Counted from the whole stretch's first letter, positions 37,640 through 51,425 are shown. The stretch: 63,909 nucleotides of DNA, filler included, from Octopus bimaculoides (GCF_001194135.2; 9 parts of 9 records of this genome joined end to end with filler, not necessarily neighbours in it), one strand, 5' to 3'. Numbers and translations are program-made. Notes: generated by a model from the letters alone, not told the origin.

Positions 37640-37782
37640 GACCACATTACTAGTTTGGTACTTTATTTTATCGAGCCCGGACAGCTGAGAGGTAAAGTTA
37701 ACCTCTCCGGAATTTCAACTCAGAACGCAAAAAGCCGGAAGAAATACCGCAATGTATTTTTCTGACACTCTAACGCGCCGTC
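37640..37782 (-). mobile_element. Degenerate family A SINE
   Basis: TTGGTACTTTATTTTATCGAGCCCGG..GGAATTTCAACTCAGAACG. Confidence 0.75.
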
Positions 37783-37791
37783 CTCTCTCTC

Positions 37792-37833
<42 letters not shown>

Positions 37834-38001
37834 NNNNNNNNNNNNNNNNNNNNNNNNNNNNNNNNNNNNNNNNNNNNNNNNNNNNNNNNNNNNNNNNNNN
37901 NNNNNNNNNNNNNNNNNNNNNNNNNNNNNNNNNNNNNNNNNNNNNNNNNNNNNNNNNNNNNNNNNNNNNNNNNNNNNNNNNNNNNNNNNNNNNNNNNNNN
38001 N

Positions 38002-38036
<35 letters not shown>

Positions 38037-39524
38037 TCTCTCTCTCTCTCTCTTTTCTGTTAATGAAAAGACAAAATATTTGCATCCCTATAATATTTGG
38101 CCATGGTCTTGAACAAGTATAACAAGTTTAAAAAAAACCCAATTTTATAAAACAACGCTCCCTCCACTATTCTCACAACCATCAGAAATACTGTCCTAGT
38201 TAACACTAGGACACATATATTTCATCCGCGTATGAGCTTCATAGATTGACACTTTTTTATGGCTTGCATTCTCTCAAATCTCATATATTGCAAGATCCCG
38301 TTATGAATCCTACATTCTTCCGTTTGTACATTTGCAAGGTACCTACCGTAATTTTCGCGCGCATGTGTATGCGTTTTTGTGTTTCCCCCTTTCACTCTCT
38401 CTAAACAGCAATTTATTTAATAACTGCCGCACCTGATGAGACACTAAAGGATAGCAGCGGCCGGCTGTTACATGGTCATTGTTTATTTCTATGACTTTTG
38501 TTGTTGAGCTACGTCTTTTGAATTAGGTTCTGATAAGGTTCTACAGATTTGTCAGTAAATAAGGAGACAATAAAAGCGTGCAAGACTTGTGTTATGGGGA
38601 AAAATAGAAGGAAAACAGATGCATTTGTGAAAGGACTGTGTTCATTTCTGACGCTGCCGTATGTGTTTCGAGGTGTTTGTATACGTGCATTTGTTACAGA
38701 ATATACAAAGTACTTAGCCCTTGATGCCTTATATAAGTTACATTTGCAATAACAATGCACAAGGATACATAATATGAATGAGCAATCTGTGGGAGGAGGT
38801 CGGACCCAACAAAGACTATAACTTCTTAAGATAAAATTCTTCATCATTTCACCGTTACGGTGTCATGTCCACAGCAACAACCCAACATAACTTACCCTAT
38901 CGTTAATTACACATCAACATCACGACGTTTGAACTTGAAATAGAAGACTTCCGCTCAAATAGTCTTCTGTCAATGGAGACTTCCTAAGAATCTCTTATCT
39001 GACTATGAGCTCCGTTCGTTCACAGATGTAATTACAGCGCAAACATTGCATGTTATGTACACACAGGAGACGTTTGATAAATTTGGCTGCTATTTCTTGC
39101 AGGTCAAGTGATTACAAAGAGGTTCGCTCATTGGATAAGTGTTGTGGTCATTATTATTGTTGTTGTTTATTCTCCTCCATCAACTCCGATCGAGCAGATC
39201 ATTGACGATTATACTTTGTTTTGATCCAGCATTCGACGCATAACATATTTTGATTTGCAGATGACATCATGTATCTGGAACCATACTATCCAACATAATT
39301 AGGAGATTTGGGTGTTATTTCTAGTAGGTTGCATGATCACTCAGAAACACCTCCCGTTATATATATATATATATATATANNNNNNNNNNNNNNNNNNNNN
39401 NTGTGCATTTTGAGGTACAGAAAGTAAACTGTTATTGCTAACTTCTTGTTATGTCGTGTCCATATGAGTACAGGTATATATCTGTGCGTACAAAGCAAGA
39501 CTAGATGATATGTTTGCTTTTGTC

Positions 39525-39573
<49 letters not shown>

Positions 39574-40650
39574 AACATATATATTTGTGTGTGTGTGTGT
39601 GTGTGTGTGTGTATCTTCGATGTGTGTGTAGTTATCTAAGGTTGCGTGGTGCGCTACCCTACAAAGAGATGTAGGTCAAATATATTTTATGGCCGGATAT
39701 GTCATAAAGAATAAAGCCGGTGAAACGACTATAGTGTCTCCTTTAATAATCGTGTACCGGTAGACAGAGAGTCTGTCGAATGTCAACTCACACCTATATA
39801 GAACAAACAGTAGCAGCGAACTACACCAGCAATAAACCCTCTAGAACAAAACTATCAACAACAACAATAGCAACACCGTCGGCAATAAAGGACTGGTAAT
39901 AGCAAGAACAACAATAATAATACAATAAAATAAAGTAAAAATAATTTTTGCTTCGTTAGCAAGAAAGTAGATAATAGTTGCTGTTGTTAGTTCCTCTCGC
40001 TTCAGCTACAACGTTAACAGACGAACTATCAACAGCTGAGTCCAGTTTAAATGTCCTTATGGAATGAATAGGCTGAGGCTAACTTGTGGAGAAGTACAAC
40101 GGTGGGGAAATTTCCCATAGCTCTTCACAACATAACAGGCCTAAACCCTGCTTCGATAAATGCTCTAAAAATCCATCATGAACCTCAGCTTGTTCCAGAT
40201 ATCTCTCAATTGGCAATAATTTTAAGGAGTGGAATTCTAACATTTCATGAAAGCAGGATTGCTTTTAATTCGTAATTAAATTTTCTTCCAAATGTGCTAC
40301 GCTTCAGCACATCGTTTTGCATATAAGCCACAGAACAGCAATACACTTCGTGTTGAGATAATCCGTGTACATGCTATTGATAAGACACAATAATGGCGAA
40401 ATATTGGTATCTACCATTCTCGGTGATTTCAAAGCGAATTGTCTCGCCGTAACTCTTTAATTCAAGCGTTTTTTGTTTTTTTTTAACATTCGGCGTCGTG
40501 TGAAAAGCTTTTCCCGGAAGCTATGCCGCAGCACGAATGACGTATAAACAGAACATATACACTATGAATGTGTGACCGATAATGTTTACATTACTAGAGC
40601 TGCTTTTAATTCATAATTCACATAAATTTATATTCATGAATATACATACA

Positions 40651-40686
<36 letters not shown>

Positions 40687-40692
40687 TATATA

Positions 40693-40816
40693 CACGAGGG
40701 AGTATGAAAAGTTTTGAGGCTTCAAGGACTTTGAACCTTGAACTCTTGTACATTCATCAGACGTCTTGTAGCATGTTTTGTTTTTTAAGGCTCAAGATTT
40801 TTCATACACCACTCGT
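40693..40816. mobile_element. Very short mariner-type MITE
   Basis: ACGAGGGAGTATGAAAAGTTTTGAGGC pairs with GGCTCAAGATTTTTCATACACCACTCGT; TA flanks both ends. Confidence 0.75.
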
Positions 40817-41124
40817 ACATATATACACAATTATATGTATGCGTATATCAATATCAATATCAATATCAATATTATATATATATATATTAGGGTATCTTTC
40901 AGATGAATGTAAAATTGGTTTTATTATGACTTGACATTAAAACATTATATATTTTTTCATCTTTTTCACACATATATATATATATGTATGTATATATGCG
41001 CATATATATATATATATATATATANNNNNNNNNNNNNNNNNNNNNNNNNNNNNNNNNNNNNNNNNNNNTTAATTAATTAANNNNNNNNNNNNNNNNNNNN
41101 NNNNNNNNNNNNNNNNNNNNNNNN

Positions 41125-41336
41125 CCTTCGTCGGCGCCCGATAGCTGCTGACCTTGGCGAGAGAGACAAAAACCTGGCAATCTTATATCTTCTTTTCCAG
41201 TGAAATTCTTCACTGATATCGAAAAGGTGAAAACAAGCAATGTTAATTCTCTAAATGAAGTATTAACAGTAACTGCACGATAAAGTGTAGTATATTGCCA
41301 CTTAAGTGTGGCTGACCCCTAGGGGTGGATGTTACT
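41125..41336. repeat. Young interspersed repeat, copy 2 (candidate LTR end, ..GGATGTTACT)
   Basis: Near-identical to 18503-18699. It extends 15 bp further and ends in GTTACT before (TA)n. Confidence 0.85.
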
Positions 41337-41349
41337 ATATATATATAGA

Positions 41350-41790
41350 AAAAGGGAAAGATGGCTGCTTATAAATGCCAAAATCTTCCCAGGTGAAGAA
41401 TGTACCCCACAACATAGACTGGTAGTTAGCGACTTCAGGATCAGGGCTAAATGGATGCCCAGAAGACGACCAGCATGGAGGAGAAGGGTCTGGAAGCTTA
41501 AAGATCCTGTGAATGAACAGAGATCTAGAGACGTATTACTCAAAGCCTTTGATGAAATAGAAGGGAGATATAACATCACATGATGTGGAAGACAACTGGC
41601 AGTTTCTATGGGACAAACTGTTGAGGGCAACTGACCAGATCTGTGGATGGTGCGAAGTCCCCTCTCAACTCAGAATAACATGGTGGTGGAACAATGTTGC
41701 TGACAGGGCTATTAGAGAAAAGAAACAGGCTTGGAAGGACTGGAAGAATGGTGGTAGCAGGGAATTGTATCAGACTGCCAGAAGGGAATG
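41350..41790 (+). mobile_element. RTE-clade LINE fragment (end of AP endonuclease plus linker)
   Basis: It encodes [51 protein letters not shown]. Confidence 0.9.
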
Positions 41791-42179
41791 TATATATATA
41801 TATATATGTGTGTGTATATGTATATATATATATACACATACATGCATGTATATATATGTATATTTATATATATATTTATGTATATGTATATATATATGTG
41901 TGTGTGTGTATATATATATGTGTGTGTGTGTGTGTATGTATGTAGCAAATAAGAAAGTGGAGAGGATACAAAATTTCCACTTTCTTATTTGCCATATAAA
42001 TAAAGGGTAAACCACTTTTTACCTCTGCCCATATATAGCACTCAATTGCAAGATTTCCATGCAATAACTAGCACTTGGGTATGAATGATTGGGTACACTA
42101 CCACCAGTATATTGGATAGGTACTATCCCTTTGTTGGTTTCTCAACTTCTAACTCACACAGAAATATATACATACATAT

Positions 42180-42310
42180 ATGGCAAAACAAACCCATAGA
42201 ATAAGTACTAGGCTTACAATGAATAAATCCTGGGGTCAATTTCTTCGTCTAAAGGTGGTGCTCCAGCATGGCCACAGTCACATGATTGAAACAAGTAAAA
42301 CAATAAAAAT
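42180..42310 (+). mobile_element. 3' half of a family B SINE
   Basis: ATAGAATAAGTACTAGGCTTAC..GGTGCTCCAGCATGGCCACAGTC. Confidence 0.85.
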
Positions 42311-42407
42311 CTATGTCATTTTAATCCCAAGCAATGTCTGGTATCTCTGCTAGTAATACATAAGCAGTTAGTTTATGTGTGTGTTTGTGTGTGTGTGTGT
42401 GTGTGTG

Positions 42408-43234
42408 TATGCCAACCACTCCACAGAGTGTACCTGGTGCCTTTTATATGTCACAGGCATTGGTCATGACGATTTTACTTAGCTTGACATGTCTTCTCTG
42501 GCAAAGCAAATCGCCAGAAGTCATCACCTGCATGAGAATCAATGTTCAAAGATCATATTTTACCACCTCATCCGTCTTCCTCGGTCAACTTCTTCCACAG
42601 GTTCCCTTCACAGTTAGAAATCAGGACATTTTTACACAGCTGTCCTTGTCCATACACATCACATGACCATATCAACACAGTCTTCTCTCTTGCACACTAC
42701 ATCCGATGCCTCTTACACACAGTTTTTCTCTTAAGACTCTAATACTCTTTCATACATGTACGCTATCATTGCACATCCAGTGGAGCATACTAGCTGAATC
42801 GCTTTCAAGCCTTCACACATCCTCTGCAGTCACAGCCCATGTTTCACTGTCATACATGGTTGTTTGCACACAGGCATCATACAATCCACCTTTCACTCTG
42901 AGGAAGACGCCCTTTGTTACCAACAAACATAGCAGCTCTCTGAACTTCGCCCAGTCCATTCTTATTCGAGCAGCTACACTCTCAGAGCATCCTCCTCCAC
43001 TGCTGACTTGGTCACCTAGGTAACAGAAGTTATCTACTACTTCTAAATAATTCCCTGGGCATTTGACATTCCTAATGTTTATTGTACCTACACATCTACT
43101 ACACACAAAGACTATTTTCTCTATTAACCTTCCTCTGATACTGCTGCACCTCTTATGTGCCATAGCTTGCACTGGGTACACCTTTTGTAGTTTCTACCAA
43201 CACCTTTTTGTACATATCTAGCAGGTTCATCTCC

Positions 43235-43240
<6 letters not shown>
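42408..43240 (-). mobile_element. RTE-clade LINE 3' fragment (late RT with Cys/His insertion, thumb, 3' UTR)
   Basis: It encodes HKRCSSIRGRL..FVCSRC, LEVVDNFCYLGDQVSSGGGCSESVAARIR and LYDACVQTTMYDSETWAVTAEDV. Confidence 0.9.
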
Positions 43241-43269
<29 letters not shown>

Positions 43270-44059
43270 TGTTGTGTCTGGGGAGAGTCATTTTCTTATT
43301 GTGCCTTAAAATTTAACACACTCACCGGTAAAATTTCCACTTATTTTTCTTTTTATTTTCCTAAAATTTTCATTGCGTCTTGCAACCTTATCAATAGTCT
43401 TGACTGTCCGTTATTTACTCTGTGTTCTTTTTTGCTTTTGTTTGTTTTTGCGCATGTGTGTGTCTCAGTGTGTGTGTATGTATGCATGCATGTATGTGTG
43501 CATGTGTGTGTATGTATGTCTGTGTGTGTGTGCATATGTATATATGTATGTATGTGTGTGTATGCTAATATGTATGTATGTGTGTGCGTTTGCATGTATG
43601 TATGTATTCNNNNNNNNNNNNNNNNNNNNNNNNNNNNNNNNNNNNNNNNNNNNNNNNNNNNNNNNNNNNNNNNNNNNNNNNNNNNNNNNNNNNNNNNNNN
43701 NNNNNNNNNNNNNNNNNNNNNNNNNNNNNNNNNNNNNNNNNNNNNNNNNNNNNNNNNNNNNNNNNNNNNNNNNNNNNNNNNNNNNNNNNNNNNNNNNNNN
43801 NNNNNNNNNNNNNNNNNNNNNNNNNNNNNNNNNNNNNNNNNNNNNNNNNNNNNNNNNNNNNNNNATGTGGTTGTCTGTTCATATACCCTATGTACCTACC
43901 CGTTTGTATGTAGACCTGTTTGTTTACATACACATACATGCACACACACACACATACACCCACACACACAGACCTACATACATCTATCTGCATAAAAGCC
44001 CATTAACTGTTCTACTCTACCTGTGTAAAATGTGGGTATGGGGGTATGATATCTACTAT

Positions 44060-45110
44060 GTGTATTTCCTATTTAGTATTGGGAAAGTTTCATTTATAAG
44101 GATGTACTCCCGTATTTGTCTTAGAGTTGGGTCTTTTGGGTGCTTGGATAAGATGCGGATATCAAGTTGACCCAAGCTGCCTCCATGCTGGTCTTTGGCA
44201 TGTTGGTAGAGTATGAAGGACTGTTTTTTGTCGTCATATTGTCTCAGATGTTCGTTTAGTTGTTCCGCAGTCCTCCATACTCTACCACATATGAATGTAG
44301 TTACAGAACAAATTTACATGGAATGCAAAAAATATAGAAAACTAAGGGGAGAAGGCATAGTATTTCAAATCCAACAGCTGTTTCTAGGGCTCAGAATTAC
44401 ATAATAGTTGTAATGTTGGCAGATGGAGTGTGCAGAAAGTCAAGGATATGCAACCAGTAGTGGATGCATATAAACATTACCATAAAGTTGGCCTCTATCT
44501 TCAAGGTGGAGAGATTGACATTTAACAGTTCATACCATAATGCAAGAGAATTTAAGGGTAGAATGAGCAAAGAAGGCAAATAGAAGTAGGTGGAAAGAGG
44601 ATGTAGACAGTTCAGGCTGAAGTGTCCAAGTAGAGGAAGGGCAAGAAGAGATAGCAGAGGCAGAACAGGAAGAGGGAGGGGTGAGTGACCAGTGGATTGA
44701 GAGAAGTAAAAGTGGTAAGTCCAGAGATTAGTAGGAAGGGGTGGGATAGGTAGTGATTGTGAAACATGGTGTCTTTGTTGGGTGTGTTCACAACAGATAT
44801 TATTAATGAGGGATGGTGGAAGCTATAGAACTGAGAAAGAGAAGTAGGTACAATGAAAGAAGGGAGGGGTGGGTATTGAAGTAAAGGAAAGGGATAGTTA
44901 CAGATGCCAATAGGGAAGCGATGAGGAAATTCAAAGAATGAAGGTGGGTTGGTGACAGAGGAAGAGTACTGAAGTAGATTGAAAGATATGAAAGTAGATA
45001 GAGAGAGAAAGGGAGGGAAAGGTTGATAACAATGGCAAGGGATAAGTAGTGCTAAGGAGTTCTGGTTGAGGATGAAGCCCCACCTCCTCCTAGTTTCCTT
45101 ATATCCACTC
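44060..45110 (-). mobile_element. Penelope-like element remnants (GIY-YIG C-terminal part plus highly degraded post-RT region)
   Basis: 44060-44350 encodes VFYIFCIPC..EHLRQYDDKKQSFILYQHAKDQHGG..RQIREYILINETFPILNRK. The purine-rich 44600-45100 segment only loosely resembles PLE RT C-termini. Confidence 0.6.
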
Positions 45111-45459
45111 TTTACCCCACGGACTTAGTCCTAAATAAAGATTTTGTAGTGTCAGTTCAAACCATTTGAGCACTACAATGTGTTTTCTATATTGAACATC
45201 TCTAGATCTCACCTGTTGACTGTATAATGTGTGTGTGTGTATGTGTGTGCGTGCATCTATATATGCATATACTATTTATTAAAGCCAAAGAAATCTTCAC
45301 AAACTGTTACTTTGAGTTTCACTTAACCGTTTGTCAGACTGTTGCGATATACATATGTATATATAAATACACCCACACACTTATATTCGAGTACTATCTT
45401 TTCCCCCTTGTTTTGCACTTATGTGCTCACCTGTGTGAATATACATACATAGACACACA

Positions 45460-46485
45460 TTGCAATAGGTAAATTGTCTCCATTTTATATCTTTAATGTC
45501 ACACATGCACATTGTTTTTGATTTTGTTGACTACACAGTAGGGTCAGTTGGGCACAGTCTGTGAGAAAAACAGCACCATGATGTAATTCACNNNNNNNNN
45601 NNNNNNNNNNNNNNNNNNNNNNNNNNNNNNNNNNNNNNNNNNNNNNNNNNNNNNNNNNNNNNNNNNNNNNNNNNNNNNNNNNNNNNNNNNNNNNNNNNNN
45701 NNNNNNATGCACATTGTTTTTGATTTTGTTGACTACACAGTAGGGTCAGTTGGGCACAGTCTGTGAGAAAAACAGCACCATGATGTAATTCACTCTGCCA
45801 GAAACTTGGAAATGGCATGCTGTACTGCTAGACATTCATGCCAGAAGCTCCAATACAAACATTTCAGAGTGTTTGGATGTCAATCTGAGAGCATTGCAAT
45901 CTGAGGACATGTAGTGAGAGTAATGAAAATCAAACATCCAGTCAACATCATGGTGTTTAGAGTGATCACTACTAATGACGACATTATCCCTCCATTCATC
46001 TTCTCACACAGCTTCAGGCTTGACATGGAGGCCTACATCAAATGCCTGAATGGGGTAGTGCTGCCCTGGGTCAAGAAGGTAGGTGGCTGCTGGAAAACCC
46101 TATACCTGGCAACAAGACTCTGCACCATGCCACACAAGCAGGAGAACCCAGTCATGGCTGTTAGGCAATTCCTGAAACTACACCACTCCTAACATCTGGC
46201 CACCTAACTCCCCAGACTGCAATCCCCTTGATTATTATGTGTAGGACGCAGTTGAGCAGGAGACCAACAAAACTTGTAACACCAAAGATAAATTGAAGCC
46301 AAGGATTATGGCAGCATTCACCAAGTTAAACAAGGAGACTGTCCAGAAGGAGATTCTGAAGTCGTCTGGTGGCTGTGGTTGAAGACAATGGCAATTTCAT
46401 TCAATAAATTTATTCTTTTAGTATTTCAAGATATTTTTTATGTAATTTTGGTAAATATATCTGTTAAAATGAGATGTCAGTGTTA
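45460..46485 (+). mobile_element. Internally deleted Tc1/mariner transposon of DD37D (maT) type
   Basis: It encodes KHPVNIMVF, WQQDSAPCHTSRRTQSW and WPPNSPDCNPLDYYV. I count 37 residues between the second and third catalytic Asp. Stops and frameshifts are present. Confidence 0.85.
45505..45793. other. 87-bp exact duplication on both sides of a gap (unmerged contig overlap)
   Basis: 45505-45591 is identical to 45707-45793. Confidence 0.9.
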
Positions 46486-46585
46486 NNNNNNNNNNNNNNN
46501 NNNNNNNNNNNNNNNNNNNNNNNNNNNNNTTAATTAATTAANNNNNNNNNNNNNNNNNNNNNNNNNNNNNNNNNNNNNNNNNNNN

Positions 46586-46630
<45 letters not shown>

Positions 46631-47204
46631 ATGTGTGCATATATATATATATATATGTTGTATTTTTATTTTTTATTTTGCTATAGTTTAGCGTAAATCA
46701 AGAAGTTGAGTCCTAGAAGAATAGGTCTATTTGTTGCTATATATAACAAGCGATGCAGTGTAACAAAATTGCTTTAGGAAAAAAAAAACTGTAGCTGTCT
46801 TTTGTTAATTTCGTAAACACAGGAGACTGGAATAATGGATGCCCCACTTCCTTATGTTTTTTTTTAATGTTTTTTCAATATAATTTTATTATCATTATAT
46901 TTTTCTTCAAATTCTGAATTACAATAACAACTGATAATTGATATCTCTGTTATGGACTAAATGTGGTTTATATTAATATTCGATTACCAGCCACCTAGTT
47001 CAATAAATGGTATCGATTCTCTTTTAGTGATATATCTCTTCCTCTACGTAAAGTATCGATGTATCAGATCGAAATCAACCGCCATCTCAGTTAAATTACT
47101 AAATATCTCCATTCAGTTACCGATTAAATTAAATTTCAGAAAACATCTCCCTTGCCCCTCCTGGCAAGCATTTTTATTAAATATAATCAAAGATTAAGTT
47201 TTTT

Positions 47205-47450
47205 TCCGGATCTTTACGTTCTGAGTACAAATTCCACCGAGGTCAACATGGGCTGGCATCCCTTCACTGTCAATAGAATAAGTTACCAGTTATGTAATTG
47301 GGCCGATGTAATCGACTTGTGACCCTCCGCTCATAAATTACTGATCTTGAATCCTGCAAGGTACTGGATTTTCGTTCAGAGGGAATATTGTGACCTGAGT
47401 CACTTATACACCATGGAAACCGAAAATCCTGTTTTACGATTGCTAGGACT
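47205..47450 (+). mobile_element. Degenerate composite SINE (A core plus C-like 3' module)
   Basis: GTTCTGAGTACAAATTCCACCGAGGTCAAC..AAGTTACCAGTT.. is followed by CCTGCAAGGTACTGG..CCATGGAAACCG. Confidence 0.55.
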
Positions 47451-47589
47451 CAACAAAAATTTGAAAAAGTAAGAAAAGAGTATAATTAATTTTAGTTCAC
47501 TTCTCTAAATATATCCACCTGCACTTAACTATATGTTTTTCATTTAGTAGAATGCCCTAAGACATTTTTCAACATTATTCCAATTATTC

Positions 47590-47774
47590 TAGTGCTCCGC
47601 AGCCGGTGTGCTATGGAACATTAGTGTGCCACGAGACTGTGCTACGTGTGCCGCAGTATAACCTGGATTTAGTTTTTACCCCATAATTTTAGTTATATAT
47701 TTAGTTCAAGTGTGCCGCTGAATTTTGAAAAAGACATAAGTGTACCGAAGGTGAAAAGTGGTTGCGGAGCGCTG
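47590..47774. mobile_element. hAT-type MITE with 8-bp target duplication
   Basis: TIRs are TAGTGCTCCGCAGCC and GGTTGCGGAGCGCTG. Flanks are AATTATTC (47582-47589) and AATTATTT (47775-47782). Confidence 0.8.
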
Positions 47775-48021
47775 AATTATTTTATAAGATGTCAATATTT
47801 TCATCACACAAGTGCGATCATGAGATTCACATAATTTCACTCTGTAATGTGCACAACATGGTAGCCTTATGATTGAGACGTTTGCTTCACAGAGAGGAGG
47901 TATAGCTTCCTTCGAGTTGTATGCTAACTTTGGCAAAAATTAGTTCCTATAGTTCCGGATCAATCTATAGTTTGGAAACAAACACTGATTTGACGAAAAT
48001 CAGTTTAAAAGATGCAATCTT

Positions 48022-48029
48022 CGCGCGCG

Positions 48030-48099
<70 letters not shown>

Positions 48100-48154
48100 C
48101 ATATACGTGTGTGTGTGTGTGTGTGTGTAAGTCTGCGTGTTGGTCCACCGATGC

Positions 48155-48186
<32 letters not shown>
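48022..48186. repeat. (CG)8-(CA)n / (TG)n / (CA)n compound microsatellite
   Basis: Directly visible. Confidence 0.95.
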
Positions 48187-48187
<1 letters not shown>

Positions 48188-50095
48188 TCTATGGGCTAAC
48201 AAGGCAAATACTTGTTTAATGCAAAGAATCCTCAGCAATTATCAAGCTTGCCTCATAGGACGTCAACGTCTCAGGTACCAGGCAGGATAACTGCTGTGCA
48301 TTTTCGGCATAAAACCAATAGTAGCCTCGTTAAGCCACAAATAAACAATACTTATCTATTAATTCAGTATTGAGAAATGGTCGATATTACCGCACACACA
48401 CACACACACTTGTTTGGAATATTATTTTGAATCATGATCGTAGAAAAACCTAGGCTGAAACAAAGCAATCTGTAGAATTGCAGAATACGAAAGCATTGCA
48501 ACATGGAATTAATAGTTTAGAAATGTTTATCTCGCAATATTTTAATCTTCTACTTATTTTCATTGCTAATTTCTCTGATAATTATTATATGTAGTGAGTT
48601 GTAATACATAAACCTATCTAATATATAATCTATAATCGGAACTATATTTAAACATACTGAAATTCTATGTGCTATTGTTTTTGTTTGTCATATTTTTATT
48701 TCTTTCTAAATGCCGCATAGAAAAATATTAAGTAATTCTTCAAACATCATTATTTCGAGAGTTTAGAATTTGACAAGAATTACCTTTGGCAATAAATGTC
48801 TGAAATTTTCAGACTTGCAATTATCAAGTTGACGTTTATGACTGTAAATTGCTCCATTTTGGTTATAAATTACCGCCATCTTCAATTTGGCATGATGTCA
48901 ACGTAACTTTCTCGTTTCGTAACCTACACAACGCTAATAAAACCTGAGGCGCAAACTATGATTAAATAAGTACTGTATAGTCTGAAGCTTAACCGAGTAT
49001 TATACTACTAAATGAAGCAAACTGAGCAGAATGGAAGTTATCCAACAGTTGATATATTTATGTAAACTTCTAAATACTAATATCATTGATATATTTATTA
49101 TATCAAAACAAACTGCCGTTTTGTCAGAAACATTAGATTTATTAATCATTGTAGTAGATGCAGTGATAGATTAAAAACAAATAACATAAAACGATGTTAT
49201 TGCAATGGAAGAAAAACTCAATTTTAATAGTTTCAGCTGTTAATATTTTCACATTAAGGAGTTTAGTCAGATGTGACGAGACAGTCTCTTTTGCAGGGAC
49301 ATTAGTTGAAGAAAAAACGGAGCTGAAGGTTAACCCCCCATTGTTAAAGATCGTTGTAGGGACATGGTAACTGATCCATGTCTGGTCAAGGAAAAACCTG
49401 ACAAGTGTGGAAACTTGAGAAATGATCATTAGTGTCTTAATATTATCGTTAATGAGATCTATCAGAGCCAATAGTCACACAGATCAATGAGCAGCGTTTC
49501 GGACCGTAACTACATTCATTGCTGTTGCTTAGCCACGACTTCCTAAATCGACAAAGCTTGTAATCAAAAGCTTTCCGGCCGTGACCAACGATTTCATTCT
49601 TACCGACAAAGACTATCCACCAGTACGATAGGAACTGATTTGAGGCAGATGTCGCTGCTATATCTAACAGGTTGAGCGACTCCATTAATCATCAGCCACC
49701 AATTAACTTGGCTTCGTTTCAACTCGTTTTTAGGTTTCCTCCTTTGTCTATATAACCTTGACATATGCTAATAAATGTTAGGAATTTATACAAAATTATT
49801 CAGATTAATTTATCTAAACCCATAGATATTTCTTTCTAGAACAAATTTCAAAGATTTTCACTCAGTTTCTTACAGAATTAAATATGATTAATTATTTTAG
49901 ATTTTCATAATCTGAAAACAATAGACAATACATTATAAAGATTTAATCGATGCGAAGAGAAGATTGTGAGTTGCAAGATTATACACATGCATATATATAT
50001 ATATATATATATATANNNNNNNNNNNNNNNNNNNNNNNNNNNNNNNNNNNNNNNNNNNNNNNNNNNNNNNNNNNNNNNNNNNNNTATAATTTGTG

Positions 50096-50422
50096 TGTGA
50101 AGGTGCATGGCTCAGTGGTTAGAGCGTCGGGCTCACAAGCATGAGTTAGTGAGTCCGATTCCAGTACCGGGTTGTGTGTTGTGTACTTGAGCAAGACACT
50201 TTATTTCACGTTGTTCCAGTTCACTCAGTTGTGGAAATGGGTTGTGACGTCACTGGTGTGAAGCTGTATCGGCCTTTGCCTTTCCCTTGTGGCATGGAGA
50301 GTGTAGGCTGGTATGCATTGACAACTACTGGTCTTCCATAAACAAACTTGCCCGGACTTGTGCCTCGGAGGGAAACTTTCTAGGTGCAATCCCGTGGCCA
50401 TTCATCGCCGAAAGGAGACCTT
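50096..50422 (+). mobile_element. Family C-related SINE with a different 3' half
   Basis: Head GGTGCATGGCTCAGTGGTTAGAGC and body TGTGTACTTGAGCAAGACACTTTATTTCACG match family C. The tail does not match 49-287. Confidence 0.85.
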
Positions 50423-50964
50423 TTATGTATGTATATGTGTGGGTATGTATGCGTCTGTGTGTTTGCATGTGTGAGTGTGTGTGTGTGTATGTGTATAATA
50501 CTTAGATATGCTGGTCAAACAACCTCTACCAGACAAGTCTCGCGCGTGGTCTTCTTGAGCAATTAGCCTATATGTCTATCGAAACTATTTGTACTGAGTT
50601 CGAAGCCGAGTGCTGGCACCATGAAAGCAGTACTTGACATAGGTGGAAATTTTCAGCCTGAGAAATCACTCCATCATCGATGGGAAGGAGAATAAGATTG
50701 ATCCTTAGTACAAAGATTTGGTCAACCACTAGTGTACTTCACATATATATCTTTAATCTTTAATATTTAATTTGTTTCGTCTTCAAAGCTGCGGTCATGC
50801 TGGGGCACCACCTTTGACTGTGCTACACCATTGTCTCAAACCTCTTCCGATATGTGGCATTTGGCGAATGAGATTGTTGCCGCTGCTCTCAACTGTGTTT
50901 CCGGCTGTGAGCCCCCGCGAGGAGGAAATCCAGTTTTGTTTTGAAGACACCTACATGAACACCA

Positions 50965-51007
<43 letters not shown>

Positions 51008-51362
51008 ATGTATAATGAATCAGTTTAAGCAAAACATAGAATAGAGAATCTCCAATTTTATTTTATTCAGTTATTTATTTATGTTCTATTTTCGCCTACG
51101 TAACGTTTCCGTCGCTATCAATGTGTATTTTTCGCCAGTTCAGGGACTGAGCTAATGTACGGCAGACATACATTTGGTTACTATAAGTATTACATTTGTG
51201 CAAGTCATTGGGTAAAACCGTGAACGCTCATGCGTTGTCTTCCATAGGAGATTTCATAATGTATAAAAATATTTATCTTTCTATCTATCTATCAATCTAT
51301 CTACCATTTATCTATCTATCTGTCTATCTATCTGTTTATCTATCTATCTACCCATCTATCTA

Positions 51363-51425
<63 letters not shown>

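Noticed and set aside
40080-40330. Possible NUMT (one minus frame is open if TGA is read as Trp)
   Set aside because: The translation resembles no mitochondrial protein I recognise.
41350-43240. Two opposite RTE fragments as one twin-primed insertion
   Set aside because: They converge tail to tail, which is the wrong geometry.
50096-50170. tRNA gene
   Set aside because: It has A and B boxes but no complete cloverleaf, and it continues into a SINE body. The same applies to the other SINE heads.
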